From assembly GCA_965224025.1 (NCBI GenBank), contig OZ245033.1, forward strand, positions 2,240,001 to 2,304,000: a DNA stretch of 64,000 nucleotides, read 5' to 3'. Under the pieces are notes generated by a model, which did not search any database, was not told where the DNA came from, and worked only from the letters and a program-made list of their open reading frames with translations. The stretch's first letter is position 1. Each line of letters starts with the position of its first letter. Shown here piece by piece: positions 28,483 to 39,595 of this stretch. Made by a program: the position numbers and the translations under genes. The stretch comes from Candidatus Multivorans sp. Its GTDB lineage: Bacteria > Acidobacteriota > Thermoanaerobaculia > Multivoradales > Multivoraceae.

Positions 28483-30600
28483 CCTCTACAGAGATGCCGT
28501 CGTACCGGAAGTCCAGCACGGCCTCGCGGCCTTCCGGCACCGTGACGGACCGAGCATCCTGCCTCCCGCCCGAGAGTGGCGCCCAGATGACTTCCCACTC
28601 GCCGGGGAGCACCGACTTCAGGCGGTAGCGGCCCTCGCCGTCCAGTGTCGCCTTGAGTTCCAGCCTCTGCGTGGACACCAGCTCTTCGGTTCTGGCGAGC
28701 GGACCCGACCCGTACGTGATGCCTCCCTCCGGCAACTGCGTGTCCGCCGCTCGGCGCCATACCAGCAGGCCGTCTCCCGGCTGACCGCCCCTGGTCACCG
28801 ATCCCGTGACCCTTGCGGCGCTGCGGTTGCAGGTGACGACCTCGTCGCCCGCGGCATCCTCTTCGACCTCTTCGCGCACCGGGTCGCCGCCCTCGTACAC
28901 CAGGACGCCGAACGGTTCCTCCGGTACGGCGGTGAAGGAGGCTTTTCCTTCCACCAGGTTCGCTGTGAACCGGTCCTGCGGCGGACCCGTTCTTCCTGAA
29001 TCGAGCACGACCGTCCCTTCGTCGATGTGCGAACGGACCGTAACGCGGCGGCCGCGCGAGAGTTCGACCACGCCGACATCGATTCCCTGGATCGTTGGCG
29101 CCTCCACCTCCAGCTTCCGGGGAGCGAACCCGTCGGCCTGTACCCTGAGCGTCGGCCTTCCCAGCTCAAGGCCGAAGATCTCGAAGTAGCCTTCGGCGTT
29201 CGTTTTAACCGTGGCGACATGGCCCACCACCGACGCCAACAGCGGCCCGAACTCCGAGGGTCGCGTGTAGGAGACGGAGGCTCGCGCCACGGGGCGTAGT
29301 CGTCCTCGTCGAGCACATACTCCCAGACCCATGGGGAGGGCGGCGCCGAGACGACGCCGAGGTTGCGCACCTCTCCCGCCGCGCCTTGTACGTGAAGACG
29401 CAGGAACCCCGTGTTCCCTGCCGTCAACTCCAGGTCGTACGCCCCCGCGGGCAGGTCGAGGGAGAACGCTCCGTCGGCCTCGATGCCAGCGTGCATGCCA
29501 CTCCCATTCGTCTGACTCATTGCATTCACTCGTCCACCCGCCGCGGGAGTGAGGCCGTCCGCCGCGACGAACACACCCTCCACGGAGAAGGCCGGTTCCA
29601 GTTCGACAACCTGTGGTTCCTCGGCGGTCGGTCCGGCCCGCCTGGGCAACTCGAGCTGCATGCGGAGGTAGCCCGTGGCCGAGACGACGATGCCGCGGCC
29701 GAAACCAAGCGACAACCGAATCAGTCCATCTTCGTTGACCTCGGTCCAGCGACCGCCCGCATCCCGAATCCTGGCGCTGGGGATGGCGGCACCGTCCCTC
29801 GAATCGACCACTCGGACCCAGGCGACCTCGGGAGCACGCAAGACGACGGCGCCCGGATCCACGGACCCTTCGAGATCGAGGGTCCGCGAGTAGACCAGGT
29901 CCCCTGCTTCCTCGGTCTGCAGCGAGGCAGGGCCAGCGAAGAAACCACGGATCTCGAAGCGACCATCCGGACCCGTTCGGCCGCGGTGCCGCTGCATCAG
30001 GCCGAAGCCGCTCGGGATGAAGGAGAGGCCTCTGAGCCGTACTCCTCCAACCGGTGCTCCCGCCTCGTCCACGGCCTGGCCGCTCACCGCGAGGCCAGGA
30101 CCGAGTTCGATCGTCGTCGGAGCTTCCCTGAGCCTCGGGAAAGGCGCCGCGGACCGGGAGTCGTGCGAGACGATCACCGCCGAAGGCTCCGTGGTCGGCA
30201 GAGTGAGTGCCACGATGCCCTCGTCGTCCGAAACCTCGAAGCCGAGCAGCTCCGTCGGATACGGGTGTCTCGGCCTGAACAGATTGAAGCGAGAGCCGCC
30301 CAGAGGCGCGCCGTCCGCGGTCACCGCGAACCGGAAGTCGGTCGCCGGCAGCATTGCCAGTTCCACCGAAGCCTGATCGGGGGCGGCGTTCTGCCACGCC
30401 GATGCATGGTCGCCGGCCTGAGCTTGCAGCCGCCAGTCGTCGTCGTGGCGAGGAAGGGACAGAACGGGGGATTCCGTCGTCGTCGTCGTCGGCAGGAGGC
30501 GGCGGGCAACCTCTCGCCACATCTCGGCCGGCGCGGCGGTCACCTGGAACTGACGAGGGGCCTCGTCGGATGAGGCGGACCGCGAGGGTTCGAAGATCCG
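28483..30600 (-). pseudogene. 5' part of an interrupted carboxypeptidase-regulatory-like repeat protein (also frameshifted near 29291)
   Basis: Repeated G..VD..G.PV, T..DG.F beta-sandwich motifs over ORFs 28795-30678 and 28430-30520; frame switch at G4 29291-29294; 5' limit approximate. Confidence 0.7.
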
Positions 30601-30820
30601 GCTCGTTCTTCGCCTATCTGCCACGAGTAGATCCCGTTGCCGCCTACTCCGAGCAGCAAAGCGCCGTCCTCCCGCCATCGCACGTCGCTGGCGGCGGCGA
30701 CCTCCTCCGGAAGATCGAAGGTCGCCAGCAGCTCAAGACTCGGACCATCGGCTTCGGCGGCAAGCACGACGGAGCCTGCCGCCGCCAGAGCGACGACGAC
30801 TAGACTCGACGGCTGCAGAC
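30540..30820 (-). pseudogene. Truncated N-terminal fragment of a secreted protein
   Basis: Signal-like LVVVALAAAGSVVLAA then ATFDLP..DVRW..G; no clear start; abruptly joins the neighbouring pseudogene. Confidence 0.4.
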
Positions 30821-30834
30821 CCTGGACGAGGTCC

Positions 30835-32907
30835 CTACTTCGGCGCCAGACTGCCGGCCTGCAGGTTCTCGATCGCCTGGAGCGTGAAGGTCTCGCCGTC
30901 CATGTCGACCTTGGCGCCCGGCTCGGAGCCCAGCAATCTGAGGGCGAGGTCGGACTCGTACGAGATGATGCCGCGCTCGGGCGCGCTCTCCCAGGGGCCG
31001 AGGATGGCCAGAACGCGCTGCTTGCCGCTTACCGACTCGAAGATCGCCCGGTTGCCGATGCGGAGCTTGTCGCAGGCCGCGGCGCCGAGGTCGATCGGCG
31101 TCGAGCGTTGCAGGTCCTGCTGCAGTTCGGTGGCCAGGGAAGTCAGGTACTCGTGGCGCTGGCGGGCGGACTTGTACTCGAAGTTCTCGCGCAGGTCGCC
31201 GAGCGCGCGTGCTTCCTCGATCGCCCTGCGATTGGCCGGCAACTCCTCTTCGACCAGCTCGCGCAACCGGTCCCGCTTGGCGGCGATCGAAGCAGGCAGG
31301 GCATAGAGATCGTCGTCGGTGTCCTGGTCGGCGAGCAGGTCGGGGAATTTCAGGTGCAGCGCCGCGAGCAGGGGCTCCCGCCGGTAGTCCTCGAGCGCCG
31401 CGTGGCGGATGGAGGCCTCGGCCTGCCGGGCTTCGTCCAGGGTCAGTTCGGGTAGCAGTTTGGGCACCGTGCCGCCGGAGTCGAAGAGGGCCTTGAGGCG
31501 GAGTCGGAACGGGGCGAAGGCTTCGTGCCTCAGGGCCTGAATCAAGAGATTGAGGAGACGGTTCTGCCGGCCCTCGCGCAGCGCCGGGTCGGCCGCGGCG
31601 CCCTCTGCGAGCCAGGTGAAGGCGGCAGGCGTGCGATGCGGTTGGACCTGGGCGCGCGCGGCGCAGCGGAGCAGCAGTTCCTGGTCGATCATCTCGACGA
31701 TCGTGCCGATCGCCTTGGTGTCGGTCTCGAGGAGGAAGCGCCTCTCGAGCACGTCGCGCCAGTCGCCGCGACAGTCGGGCAGGAGACGGTAGGCCTGTTC
31801 ACGTGGACCTCGCGGGTCGATCGACGCGAAGAAGCCCAGCGGATTCTTCAGGCTGCTGAGGAGTTCCTCCGCCGGCCATGTCGGCTCGGCGCCGAAGCGC
31901 TCCAGCGCGCAGCGAATCTCGAACGCGAGCGCGGGCTGCCCACGGGTCAGGCTCCGGCCCAGGTCGTCCAGGGCGGCCGTCATCCGATCCCTCAGGTCCT
32001 GTGACTGGTTCGCTGCGCGTCGCAGCAGGCCGATCCTGGCGCGAGGGGCCGCCTGCTCGAACTCCCGCCACAGCGAACTCTCGGCGTCGGTCGCTGCGAC
32101 CCAGCGGTAGGTCTGCCGGGAGCCGCCGGACGACAGGACCTGGGCCTGCTTCCGGGCGCTGGTCCACCAACTCGACCAGCGGCGCGCGGGAATGATGCCG
32201 ACGACGATGGCCCGCACTTCTGCCCCCGTCAGCGGGCGGTCGTAGCTCCTGAGCGTCAACTCGAGCAGCTCGGGCGGCTTCATCGCCGCCAGTTGCTCCG
32301 GCTCTTCGAGCTTCCGTCGCAGCACATGCTCCGGGGGCAGCAGGGTGAGCATCTTGCCGGCGGCCCGGAAGCCGACCGCGACTCCCTTCACCTTCTCGAG
32401 GTCGACCTTGAAGGTCTGCAGCGGCATGTTCACCTGGGCGACGCGCCCGACTCCCCGGCCCGTCATCTCGACGATGTCGCCGCGCTGGAATGCCAGCAGG
32501 TTGCGGAGCCGGTCCACCTTGTCCCAGAGCTTGACCGTCTCCTGCCGTCCCCGGTCCAAGTCCAGTTCGTGGAGCAGCTCGTTCAGGTCCGACTCGCGGT
32601 CCCGGTAGAGTTCGTGCAGAGTGTCGAGAACGGTCTCGTAGACTTGGCCGCTCCGCAGATACCTGCTGCCGTCCCCGCGGATCAGGTCCAGGCGTTCCGA
32701 CCACAGGCCGCGCTCCCGCAGTTGGTCGTCGAGCAGTTCGAGCAGTGTGCCGACACGCTCGGCTTCGCCGAGTCGAACCAGCCCTCTGGTGATGGCGAGG
32801 AAGGTGTCGACCGCGATCTCTTCTTCGACCGCGGCCAGCCACTCCGCCTCGACTGCGTCGATGTCACCGCTGGCGAGGCTGTCTTGAATGCTCTGCGGGA
32901 TCCTCAT
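30835..32907 (-). CDS. greA: Long-form GreA/GreB family transcription elongation factor (690 aa)
   Basis: C-terminal IEEARALGDLRENFEYKSAR, ILGPWES..GIISYES; large helical N-terminal extension with W..WW..A.K. Confidence 0.85.
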   Translation of the reverse strand: MRIPQSIQDSLASGDIDAVEAEWLAAVEEEIAVDTFLAITRGLVRLGEAERVGTLLELLDDQLRERGLWSERLDLIRGDGSRYLRSGQVYETVLDTLHELYRDRESDLNELLHELDLDRGRQETVKLWDKVDRLRNLLAFQRGDIVEMTGRGVGRVAQVNMPLQTFKVDLEKVKGVAVGFRAAGKMLTLLPPEHVLRRKLEEPEQLAAMKPPELLELTLRSYDRPLTGAEVRAIVVGIIPARRWSSWWTSARKQAQVLSSGGSRQTYRWVAATDAESSLWREFEQAAPRARIGLLRRAANQSQDLRDRMTAALDDLGRSLTRGQPALAFEIRCALERFGAEPTWPAEELLSSLKNPLGFFASIDPRGPREQAYRLLPDCRGDWRDVLERRFLLETDTKAIGTIVEMIDQELLLRCAARAQVQPHRTPAAFTWLAEGAAADPALREGRQNRLLNLLIQALRHEAFAPFRLRLKALFDSGGTVPKLLPELTLDEARQAEASIRHAALEDYRREPLLAALHLKFPDLLADQDTDDDLYALPASIAAKRDRLRELVEEELPANRRAIEEARALGDLRENFEYKSARQRHEYLTSLATELQQDLQRSTPIDLGAAACDKLRIGNRAIFESVSGKQRVLAILGPWESAPERGIISYESDLALRLLGSEPGAKVDMDGETFTLQAIENLQAGSLAPK

Positions 32908-33090
32908 GCGGTGGCGGGCGCGCCGGTCTCGCGGTCGCGGCGGTGCAGGGGGCGCGCACGAACTGATGATCGTATCAGCCGGGAAACGGGTTGGTAGCGG
33001 CCTCGGAACGGCGTGAGATTGGCGCCGCTGAACTCCTCGCAGATAGAATGCATGGCGCCAGCCGTGGTCCCGAACAGTACCGATGGAGAC

Positions 33091-33834
33091 ATGAGCGAGG
33101 AGAATCAGGCTGTGGCGCCCGCGGGCGAGGGGGAGTCTTTCGGCTCCTGGCTTCGCAGCCAGCGTGAAGTTCGCCAGATCGAGCTGCAGACGATCACTCA
33201 GTCGAGCAAGATCAACATCCGGTATCTGGAGGCGCTGGAACAGGATCGGTTCGACCTGCTGCCGGCCAGCATCTTCGTCAAGGGCTTCCTCCGCGAGTAC
33301 GCGCGGATCGTCGGCCTCGATCCCGACGAGGTGCTCAACTTCTATCTCGCCGCTTCGGCCCAGGACGACCTCGAGGGCGGGACCCCGAACCTGGCGAAGC
33401 GGTCTCCAACGCGGTTCGGACAGACCGTCGTGATGGTGCTGGTCTTGGTGGCGATCGCCTTGTTCCTCGTGTGGCGTTTCTACCCCGGTCCGGACCGCGA
33501 AGCAGCCGAGGACATGGAGACGATGGCGCCGCCGGTTACCGAGGGGGCGCTTCCGCTGCCACCGCCGGCGCCGCTGCCCGAGCAGGCCCTGCGGGTCACG
33601 CTGGAGTTCCGGGCCACGAGCTGGGTTGACATTTACACCGACGGCGAGCGCACGGTCAGCGAGCTGCGGATTCAGGGCGAGTCCCTGACCGTTGCCGCGG
33701 ACGAGGAAATCCGTCTCAAACTCCGGAACGCCGACGCAGCGACGATCGAACTGAACGGTGAGACGTTCGAGCACGAAGCGGGCGACGACGAGGAGATCGT
33801 GATCGCGGTCCCCGAGGCCGCTGACCCGGCTTGA
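33091..33834 (+). CDS. rodZ: RodZ-like HTH membrane protein
   Basis: FGSWLR..RE..KI..RYLEALEQ..LP..FVKGFLREYAR; single TM; C-terminal DUF4115-like SWV. Confidence 0.85.
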   Translation: MSEENQAVAPAGEGESFGSWLRSQREVRQIELQTITQSSKINIRYLEALEQDRFDLLPASIFVKGFLREYARIVGLDPDEVLNFYLAASAQDDLEGGTPNLAKRSPTRFGQTVVMVLVLVAIALFLVWRFYPGPDREAAEDMETMAPPVTEGALPLPPPAPLPEQALRVTLEFRATSWVDIYTDGERTVSELRIQGESLTVAADEEIRLKLRNADAATIELNGETFEHEAGDDEEIVIAVPEAADPA

Positions 33835-33886
33835 CGCGGCGTCGCCCTGAACGCTGGACTTCCTGGCTGCGTGGCCGTATTCTGCG

Positions 33887-33932
33887 GCGTGCCATCCGTG
33901 CGCCCGATGACGGACGCACGGACTGGTTCGCG
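33887..33932 (+). repeat. Palindromic intergenic repeat C, copy 1
   Basis: GCGTGCCATCCGTGCGCCCGATGACGG..GCACGGA.TGGTTCGCG shared with 43131-43176. Confidence 0.8.
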
Positions 33933-33968
33933 AATTGCGCGGACCGCGCCATTCGGGTACCGGTGCGA

Positions 33969-34045
33969 CGGGGCGTAGCTCAGCCTGGTAGAGCGCACGG
34001 TTCGGGACCGTGAGGCCGGAGGTTCAAATCCTCTCGCCCCGACCA
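33969..34045 (+). tRNA. tRNA-Pro(CGG)
   Basis: CGGGGCG/CGCCCCG acceptor stem, anticodon arm CACGG-TTCGGGA-CCGTG, GGTTCAAATCC T-loop, encoded CCA. Confidence 0.97.
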
Positions 34046-34102
34046 TTCCGCCGGCAACACGCGCCGGCAACGGGCGCCTGCTCGTCAAGTAGACTCTCGA
34101 AG

Positions 34103-35551
34103 ATGCACAGCTCGCTGAAGCTGACACGACTGGGAAGTCTCTTGCGGTTGGCGTTTGCCCTTGCTCTGGTCCTGGCGCCACTGGTCCTGCTCGCCGACGA
34201 ACCGGGGTCGGAAGAATCCCCGGAGCCGGAAGAGTCCCGGGCCGCGGCGCCTGAGGACGGGGAAGCGGGGGCGCCTGCCGACGGCGATCTTCCCGCCGAG
34301 GCCGGCGCCCCGGCCGAGGAGTCCGCGCAGGAAGTGATCGTGGCCGCGGTGGACTCCGTGATCCAGGTCGTCATCGCCGAGTTCATGGACGAAGTGACCG
34401 CGGAGGCTGACCGGGTCGGCGCCGAGGCGTTGATCGTCGAGCTCTCCACGCCGGGCGGCGAGATGCAGGCGATGCGAAAGATCTTCACGCGCTTCCTGGA
34501 GGCCTCAACACCGGTCGTTGTCTACGTCTCCCCGAGCGGCTCCCAGGCTGCGTCCGCCGGCTTCTTCATCCTGCTGGGCGCCGACATTGCCGCGATGGCC
34601 CCCGGAACGAACACCGGCGCGGCCCACCCGGTTGCCGGCGGCGGCGAGGACATCCCGGGGGCGATGGGGGAGAAGGTGACTCAGGATGCGGCTGCGACCA
34701 TCCGTTCGCTGGCGGCCCGTCGCGGTCGTGACGAGAAGCTGGCGGAGTCGGCGGTGCTCGAGAGCAAGTCGTTCACGGCGCAGGAGGCGCTCGACGCGGG
34801 TCTCGTCGATCTGGTGGCGCCCAGCCTGCAGTCGCTGCTCGTCGATCTCGACGGCCGCGTGGTCGAGAAGGGCGGGCGGGAGCGGACGCTGGCTACCCGC
34901 GCGGCGACGGTGCGCCGCGTGGAGATGTCGGCCTTCCAGCGTGTGCGGTCGATCATTGCCCACCCGAACATCGCGCTTCTGCTGATGTCGCTGGGGTCGA
35001 TAGGCTTGATCTTCGAGATCACCCATCCTGGCGCGATCTTCCCGGGCGTCGTCGGCGCCGTCTGCCTGATTCTCGGCCTGTGGGCGATGTCCGTCCTGCC
35101 GGTCAACTACGCCGGTCTGGCCCTGCTCTTCGTGGCCGTCGTGCTCTGGGTGCTCGAGGTCAAGGTTCCCAGCTTCGGCATGCTGACGCTCGGCGGTGCG
35201 ATCTCCTTCAGTCTCGGGGCGATGATGCTGTTCCGGGACGCCGACCCCGCATTGCGGGCGAGCTTGAAGTTGATCGTCGCCATCGGCATCACGATCGGGC
35301 TGCTGGCGCTCGGTCTCGCCCGGCTCGCGCTCAAGGCGCGGCGCAACCGCGTGGCGACGGGAAGAGAGGGCCTGCTCGATGAGCTGGGCCTGGTGAGCGC
35401 CGGCATCGAGGCCGGCGTGCCCGGCAAGGTGCGGTTGCACGGCGAGATCTGGAACGCGGAATCCGATGTCGCGGTCGACATCGGCGGCCGGGTCCGGGTC
35501 GTTCAAGTGGACGGCATGACTCTGCGGGTCGAACCGGTCGGCGACTCCTGA
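34103..35551 (+). CDS. nfeD: NfeD-family membrane-bound serine protease
   Basis: TPGG, AASAG, MAPGTNTGAAHPV; TM bundle; C-terminal GEIWNA OB-fold. Confidence 0.92.
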   Translation: MHSSLKLTRLGSLLRLAFALALVLAPLVLLADEPGSEESPEPEESRAAAPEDGEAGAPADGDLPAEAGAPAEESAQEVIVAAVDSVIQVVIAEFMDEVTAEADRVGAEALIVELSTPGGEMQAMRKIFTRFLEASTPVVVYVSPSGSQAASAGFFILLGADIAAMAPGTNTGAAHPVAGGGEDIPGAMGEKVTQDAAATIRSLAARRGRDEKLAESAVLESKSFTAQEALDAGLVDLVAPSLQSLLVDLDGRVVEKGGRERTLATRAATVRRVEMSAFQRVRSIIAHPNIALLLMSLGSIGLIFEITHPGAIFPGVVGAVCLILGLWAMSVLPVNYAGLALLFVAVVLWVLEVKVPSFGMLTLGGAISFSLGAMMLFRDADPALRASLKLIVAIGITIGLLALGLARLALKARRNRVATGREGLLDELGLVSAGIEAGVPGKVRLHGEIWNAESDVAVDIGGRVRVVQVDGMTLRVEPVGDS

Positions 35552-35583
35552 GCACTTTGAAGAAGAAAGGACCCTGATTCAAT

Positions 35584-36348
35584 ATGGCGAGCCTTCCCTT
35601 TATCGGTTTCCTCCTCGTTGCAGGCCTGTTCCTGCTCACCAGGTGGATCAACATCATGGCCGAGTACGAGCGGGCCGTCGTGTTCCGCCTCGGCCGCATT
35701 CTGGAGAAGCCGAAGGGCCCCGGTCTGGTCCTGGTGCTGTGGCCGATCGACCGCATGGTCAAGGTGTCGTTGCGCACGGTCGTGCTGGACGTTCCGCCGC
35801 AGGACATCATCACTCGGGACAACGTCTCCGTGAAGGTGAACGCCGTCGTCTACTTCCGCGTACTGGAGCCGATCAAGGCGATCGTCGAGGTGGAGAACTT
35901 CCTCTTTGCAACCAGCCAGTTGGCTCAGACGACGCTGCGGTCGATCCTCGGCCAGACCGAACTCGACCAACTGCTGAGCGAGCGCGAGACACTCAACGAC
36001 CAGCTCCAGACGGTGATCGATCAACAGACCGATCCCTGGGGCATCAAGGTCTCCATGGTGGAGGTCAAGCACGTCGACCTGCCGCAGGAAATGCAGCGCG
36101 CGATGGCCAAACAGGCCGAGGCGGAGCGCGAGAAGCGTGCCAAGGTGATCCACGCCAGCGGTGAGCTGCAAGCATCCGAGGCCCTCGCCGAGGCGGCGAA
36201 CGCGATCAGCGTCAACCCGGTCACGCTGCAACTGCGCTATCTGCAGACTCTGGCCGACATCGCCACCGAGCGGAACTCGACGATTATCTTCCCGCTGCCG
36301 CTCGACCTCTTCAAGGCCTTTGCGGGATACAGACCGCCCGAAGAGTGA
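35584..36348 (+). CDS. SPFH/stomatin (slipin) family protein
   Basis: [41 protein letters not shown]. Confidence 0.95.
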   Translation: MASLPFIGFLLVAGLFLLTRWINIMAEYERAVVFRLGRILEKPKGPGLVLVLWPIDRMVKVSLRTVVLDVPPQDIITRDNVSVKVNAVVYFRVLEPIKAIVEVENFLFATSQLAQTTLRSILGQTELDQLLSERETLNDQLQTVIDQQTDPWGIKVSMVEVKHVDLPQEMQRAMAKQAEAEREKRAKVIHASGELQASEALAEAANAISVNPVTLQLRYLQTLADIATERNSTIIFPLPLDLFKAFAGYRPPEE

Positions 36349-36914
36349 ACGGCGACGCCTACGAGCCCTATGAGATCGCGGTCAGCAACAGCCAGATTGC
36401 CGCCTTCGTAGCTCTTCTGGCGCTGGCCTTGGTGGGAGCGTTCGCCGCCGGAGTGTGGTGGGGCCGATCGAACGATCTCGATCTTGCCGAAACCGAAGCG
36501 GTCGTTACGCTGCCGGACTTGCCGCCTCCGGAGATGGGCGTCGGTGAGACCACCCCTGCCGCCGCTGACGCCGAAAGCGAAGCGGCGCCGGCCGGAGTGG
36601 TGCGGTTCTTCGGCGCCGCCGAGGAGGGAACGCCGCCGGTCGAGAGCAGTCGCCCGGCTTCCGCCGCGGCAACGACCACGGCCGGCCTGGTCGTCCAGGT
36701 CTTCTCGAGTGCCGACGCCAGCCAGGCGGCCTCGGTGGAGCAGAAGCTGCGCGCGGACGGACACCGCGCCTTCCTGTCACCCCAGGCGCTCGACGGCCAG
36801 GTGATGCAGCGGGTGCGGGTAGGCCCGTTCGAGGACCAGGACTCCGCTTCGGAGGCCGCCGAACTGCTGGCCAAACAGTACGGGCTCGAGACCTGGATCA
36901 CGCCGAACAACTGA
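36345..36914 (+). CDS. SPOR domain membrane protein
   Basis: N-terminal TM; VVQV.S..RVRVGPF. Confidence 0.8.
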   Translation: MNGDAYEPYEIAVSNSQIAAFVALLALALVGAFAAGVWWGRSNDLDLAETEAVVTLPDLPPPEMGVGETTPAAADAESEAAPAGVVRFFGAAEEGTPPVESSRPASAAATTTAGLVVQVFSSADASQAASVEQKLRADGHRAFLSPQALDGQVMQRVRVGPFEDQDSASEAAELLAKQYGLETWITPNN

Positions 36915-36952
36915 CGGCCGGCCAGGGTACGCCGTCGGGACCGTCGGCGGCA

Positions 36953-38476
36953 TTGGCGGCGCTTGTTTCGTCCATCTGGTTCCAGGTCGGTCTGGCTGCC
37001 CTTGGCGGCGTCTGGTGGGCGTTCTGTTTCGACGAGCGCCCCGGGTTCCTGATTCCTCTGGCGGCCGCCGCGCCGCTGTGTCTGATTGCCGGGGCGCCGC
37101 TCGGGCCCTGGCGCAGGTTGTGGCTCGGCTGGCTTCACGGCGCCGTGGCGTGGCTGATCGCGGTGCCGTGGCTATCGACGATGCTGACCGTCTATGGGGG
37201 CTTGCCCGCCGTAGGGTCGGCTTGCCTCTTGGCCGTGCTTGCTCTCTACCTTGGCGCCTACCATGGCCTGTTCTGCTGGCTGGCCGGGGCGGCGCTGGCG
37301 CGTCGCGACGCTCTCTCGCTGCTTGTGGCGCCGGCGATCTGGGTCAGCCTGGAACTGGTGCGGGGCGCCGGTCCTTCGGGATTCCCGTGGAACCTGCTCG
37401 CGTACGCGTGGGTCGATGTTCCGGGCGCTCTCGACGCGACCCGCTGGATCGGCAGCCTTGGCCTCTCAGGTGTCGTCGTGGTCTCCGGCCTGGGAGTGTT
37501 GAGGCTTGCGGACCGCGGGACCCGCCGTCAGGCGATGACGGTTGTGGCCGGTGTTGCAGTGCTTCTGACGGTCGCGCGCTGGACGAATCTCGACCGGACG
37601 GCGCCGGCCGGACCGGTGCTTGATGTTCGCGTGGTGCAGCCGAACATCGGCATGATGACGGACGATCAGCTTCTTGGCGGTCTGGACTATTCGTCGATTC
37701 ACGCCAACTACCGTCGGCTCTTCGAACTGAGCCACGAGGCCTGCGCGCCAGGTGCGCTCGTCGTCTGGCCCGAGAGTGCCGTCTGGCCGTACGAACTGGA
37801 ACGCGACGCCGGACTCGCCCGCGACGTCGAAGCCCTGGTCGGTCGCGGCTGCTCGCTGCTGTTCAACAGCGCTCGCCGCTTCAACGCAGGCGAGGAGGTG
37901 GGGGCGTTCAACTCGGCCTACCTTGTGACGCCCGGTGACGCCGGGGCCGACCGCCAGACCTACGACAAGATGCACCTGGTTCCGTTCGGCGAGTACGTAC
38001 CCTTCGCGGGCTACTTGCCCGGTGTGCGCCAGTTGGCGCGGAACACGGGGAGCTTCTCGACCGGGGACGAGGTGAAACTGCTCGACATCGGAGGCGCTCG
38101 TCTGGGAATCTCGATCTGCTTCGAGATCGTCTTTCCGAGGCAGGTTGCAGCCCGTGTCCGGCGCGGGGCCTCCGTGCTCGTCACCATGGCGAACGATTCC
38201 TGGTACGGCGCCACCTGGGCGCCTCATCAACACCTGCGACCTTCCCGCTTCCGGGCCGCCGAGAACGGGCGGCCGGTGATCCGGGCCGCGATCACCGGCA
38301 TCTCGGCGCTGATCGATCGCCGCGGCGCAATCCTGGCGATCGCCGACATCGATCAGACGGCCGTGCTGCGAATGCCGGTTACGCCGCTCGGAGGGATGAC
38401 TCCGTTCTCCCGCGCGCCGCTGCTGGCGCCGCTGCTTTGCCTCGCACTGGCCGCTTTTGCCATACTGCGCCGATGA
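36953..38476 (+). CDS. lnt: Apolipoprotein N-acyltransferase
   Basis: GFPW, VQPNI, WPES, YDKMHLVPFGEY, ICFE, ND.WYG, RAAEN. Confidence 0.95.
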   Translation: MAALVSSIWFQVGLAALGGVWWAFCFDERPGFLIPLAAAAPLCLIAGAPLGPWRRLWLGWLHGAVAWLIAVPWLSTMLTVYGGLPAVGSACLLAVLALYLGAYHGLFCWLAGAALARRDALSLLVAPAIWVSLELVRGAGPSGFPWNLLAYAWVDVPGALDATRWIGSLGLSGVVVVSGLGVLRLADRGTRRQAMTVVAGVAVLLTVARWTNLDRTAPAGPVLDVRVVQPNIGMMTDDQLLGGLDYSSIHANYRRLFELSHEACAPGALVVWPESAVWPYELERDAGLARDVEALVGRGCSLLFNSARRFNAGEEVGAFNSAYLVTPGDAGADRQTYDKMHLVPFGEYVPFAGYLPGVRQLARNTGSFSTGDEVKLLDIGGARLGISICFEIVFPRQVAARVRRGASVLVTMANDSWYGATWAPHQHLRPSRFRAAENGRPVIRAAITGISALIDRRGAILAIADIDQTAVLRMPVTPLGGMTPFSRAPLLAPLLCLALAAFAILRR

Positions 38477-39583
38477 TGGCTTCTGACGCGAACCGCTCGC
38501 TGACCGAGCTCAGGTCCCGCCTGGACGGTCTGCGGAGGTATCTTTGACCCGGCCGAGGTCCGGGAACAGCTCGCCGCGTTCGATCATGAGATGGAGCAGC
38601 CGGGGTTCTGGGACGATCGCGGGCGGAGCGCGCCCCTGCTGCGGCGCAGGCGGACGCTGGAACGGCGGCAGACGACCGTCGACCGGCTGAACGCGGACAG
38701 CGACGAAATCGAGGCTTGGCTCGAACTGCTTGCCGAGAGTGCGGAGGCGGTCGAGGGCGAGGAGGAACTCGGCGAGTTCATCGCCCGGGTTGGGCGCGAG
38801 TCCAAGGCGCTCGACCTGGAGTTGAAGCTCTCGGGCGAGGACGACGACCGTAGCGCCCTGCTCGCCATCCACCCCGGTGAGGGCGGCACCGACTCCCAGG
38901 ACTGGGCCGAGATCCTGCTGCGCATGTACCTCCGTTGGGCCGAGCAGAGGGGCTTCGACGTCACGCTGCTCGAACGGCTCGACGGCGACGAGGCGGGTCT
39001 CAAGAGCGCGACGGTCGCCGTGCGCGGGGACTACGCGTTCGGTCGCCTGCGCGGCGAGAGCGGCGTTCACCGGCTGGTCCGGATCTCGCCCTTCGACGCG
39101 GCGAAGAGGCGCCACACTTCCTTCGCCTCGGTCTCCGCTTACCCGGAGGTCGACGACGGCATCGACATCGAGATCGAGGACAAGGACATCCGCATCGACA
39201 CCTTCCGGTCGTCCGGGGCCGGCGGCCAGCACGTGAACGTGACGGACTCGGCGGTGCGCATCACCCACCATCCCTCCGGGATCGTGGTCAGTTGCCAGAA
39301 CGAGCGCAGCCAGATCAAGAACCGGGCGATGGCGATGAAGATTCTCAAGGCACGCCTCTACGACCGGGAGGTCCAGAAGCGTCGCGAGGAGCAGGCCGAG
39401 CGCGAGGGCCAGAAGCTGGAAATCGGCTTCGGCTCCCAGATCCGGAGCTACGTGATGCACCCGTATCGCATGGTCAAGGACCACCGCACGAAACTCGAGG
39501 TCTCCGCCGTGGAGCGCGTCCTAGACGGCGAGATCGACCCGTTCATCGATGCCTGGCTCGGGCAGCAGCTCGAGACCGCCTAG
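38476..39583 (+). CDS. prfB: Peptide chain release factor 2 with programmed +1 frameshift
   Basis: GGAGG-TAT-CTT-TGA-C slippery site at 38534-38548; SPF and GAGGQHVN motifs. Confidence 0.97.
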
Positions 39584-39595
39584 GGCGGGCTGCCG

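Noticed and set aside
33969-34045. tRNA-Pro as an island integration site
   Set aside because: I saw no duplicated tRNA 3' end in the window, and the flanking genes are housekeeping.
38534-38548. prfB internal stop as a novelty or pseudogene
   Set aside because: This is the well-known RF2 autoregulatory +1 frameshift (SD-like GGAGG plus CTT TGA C).
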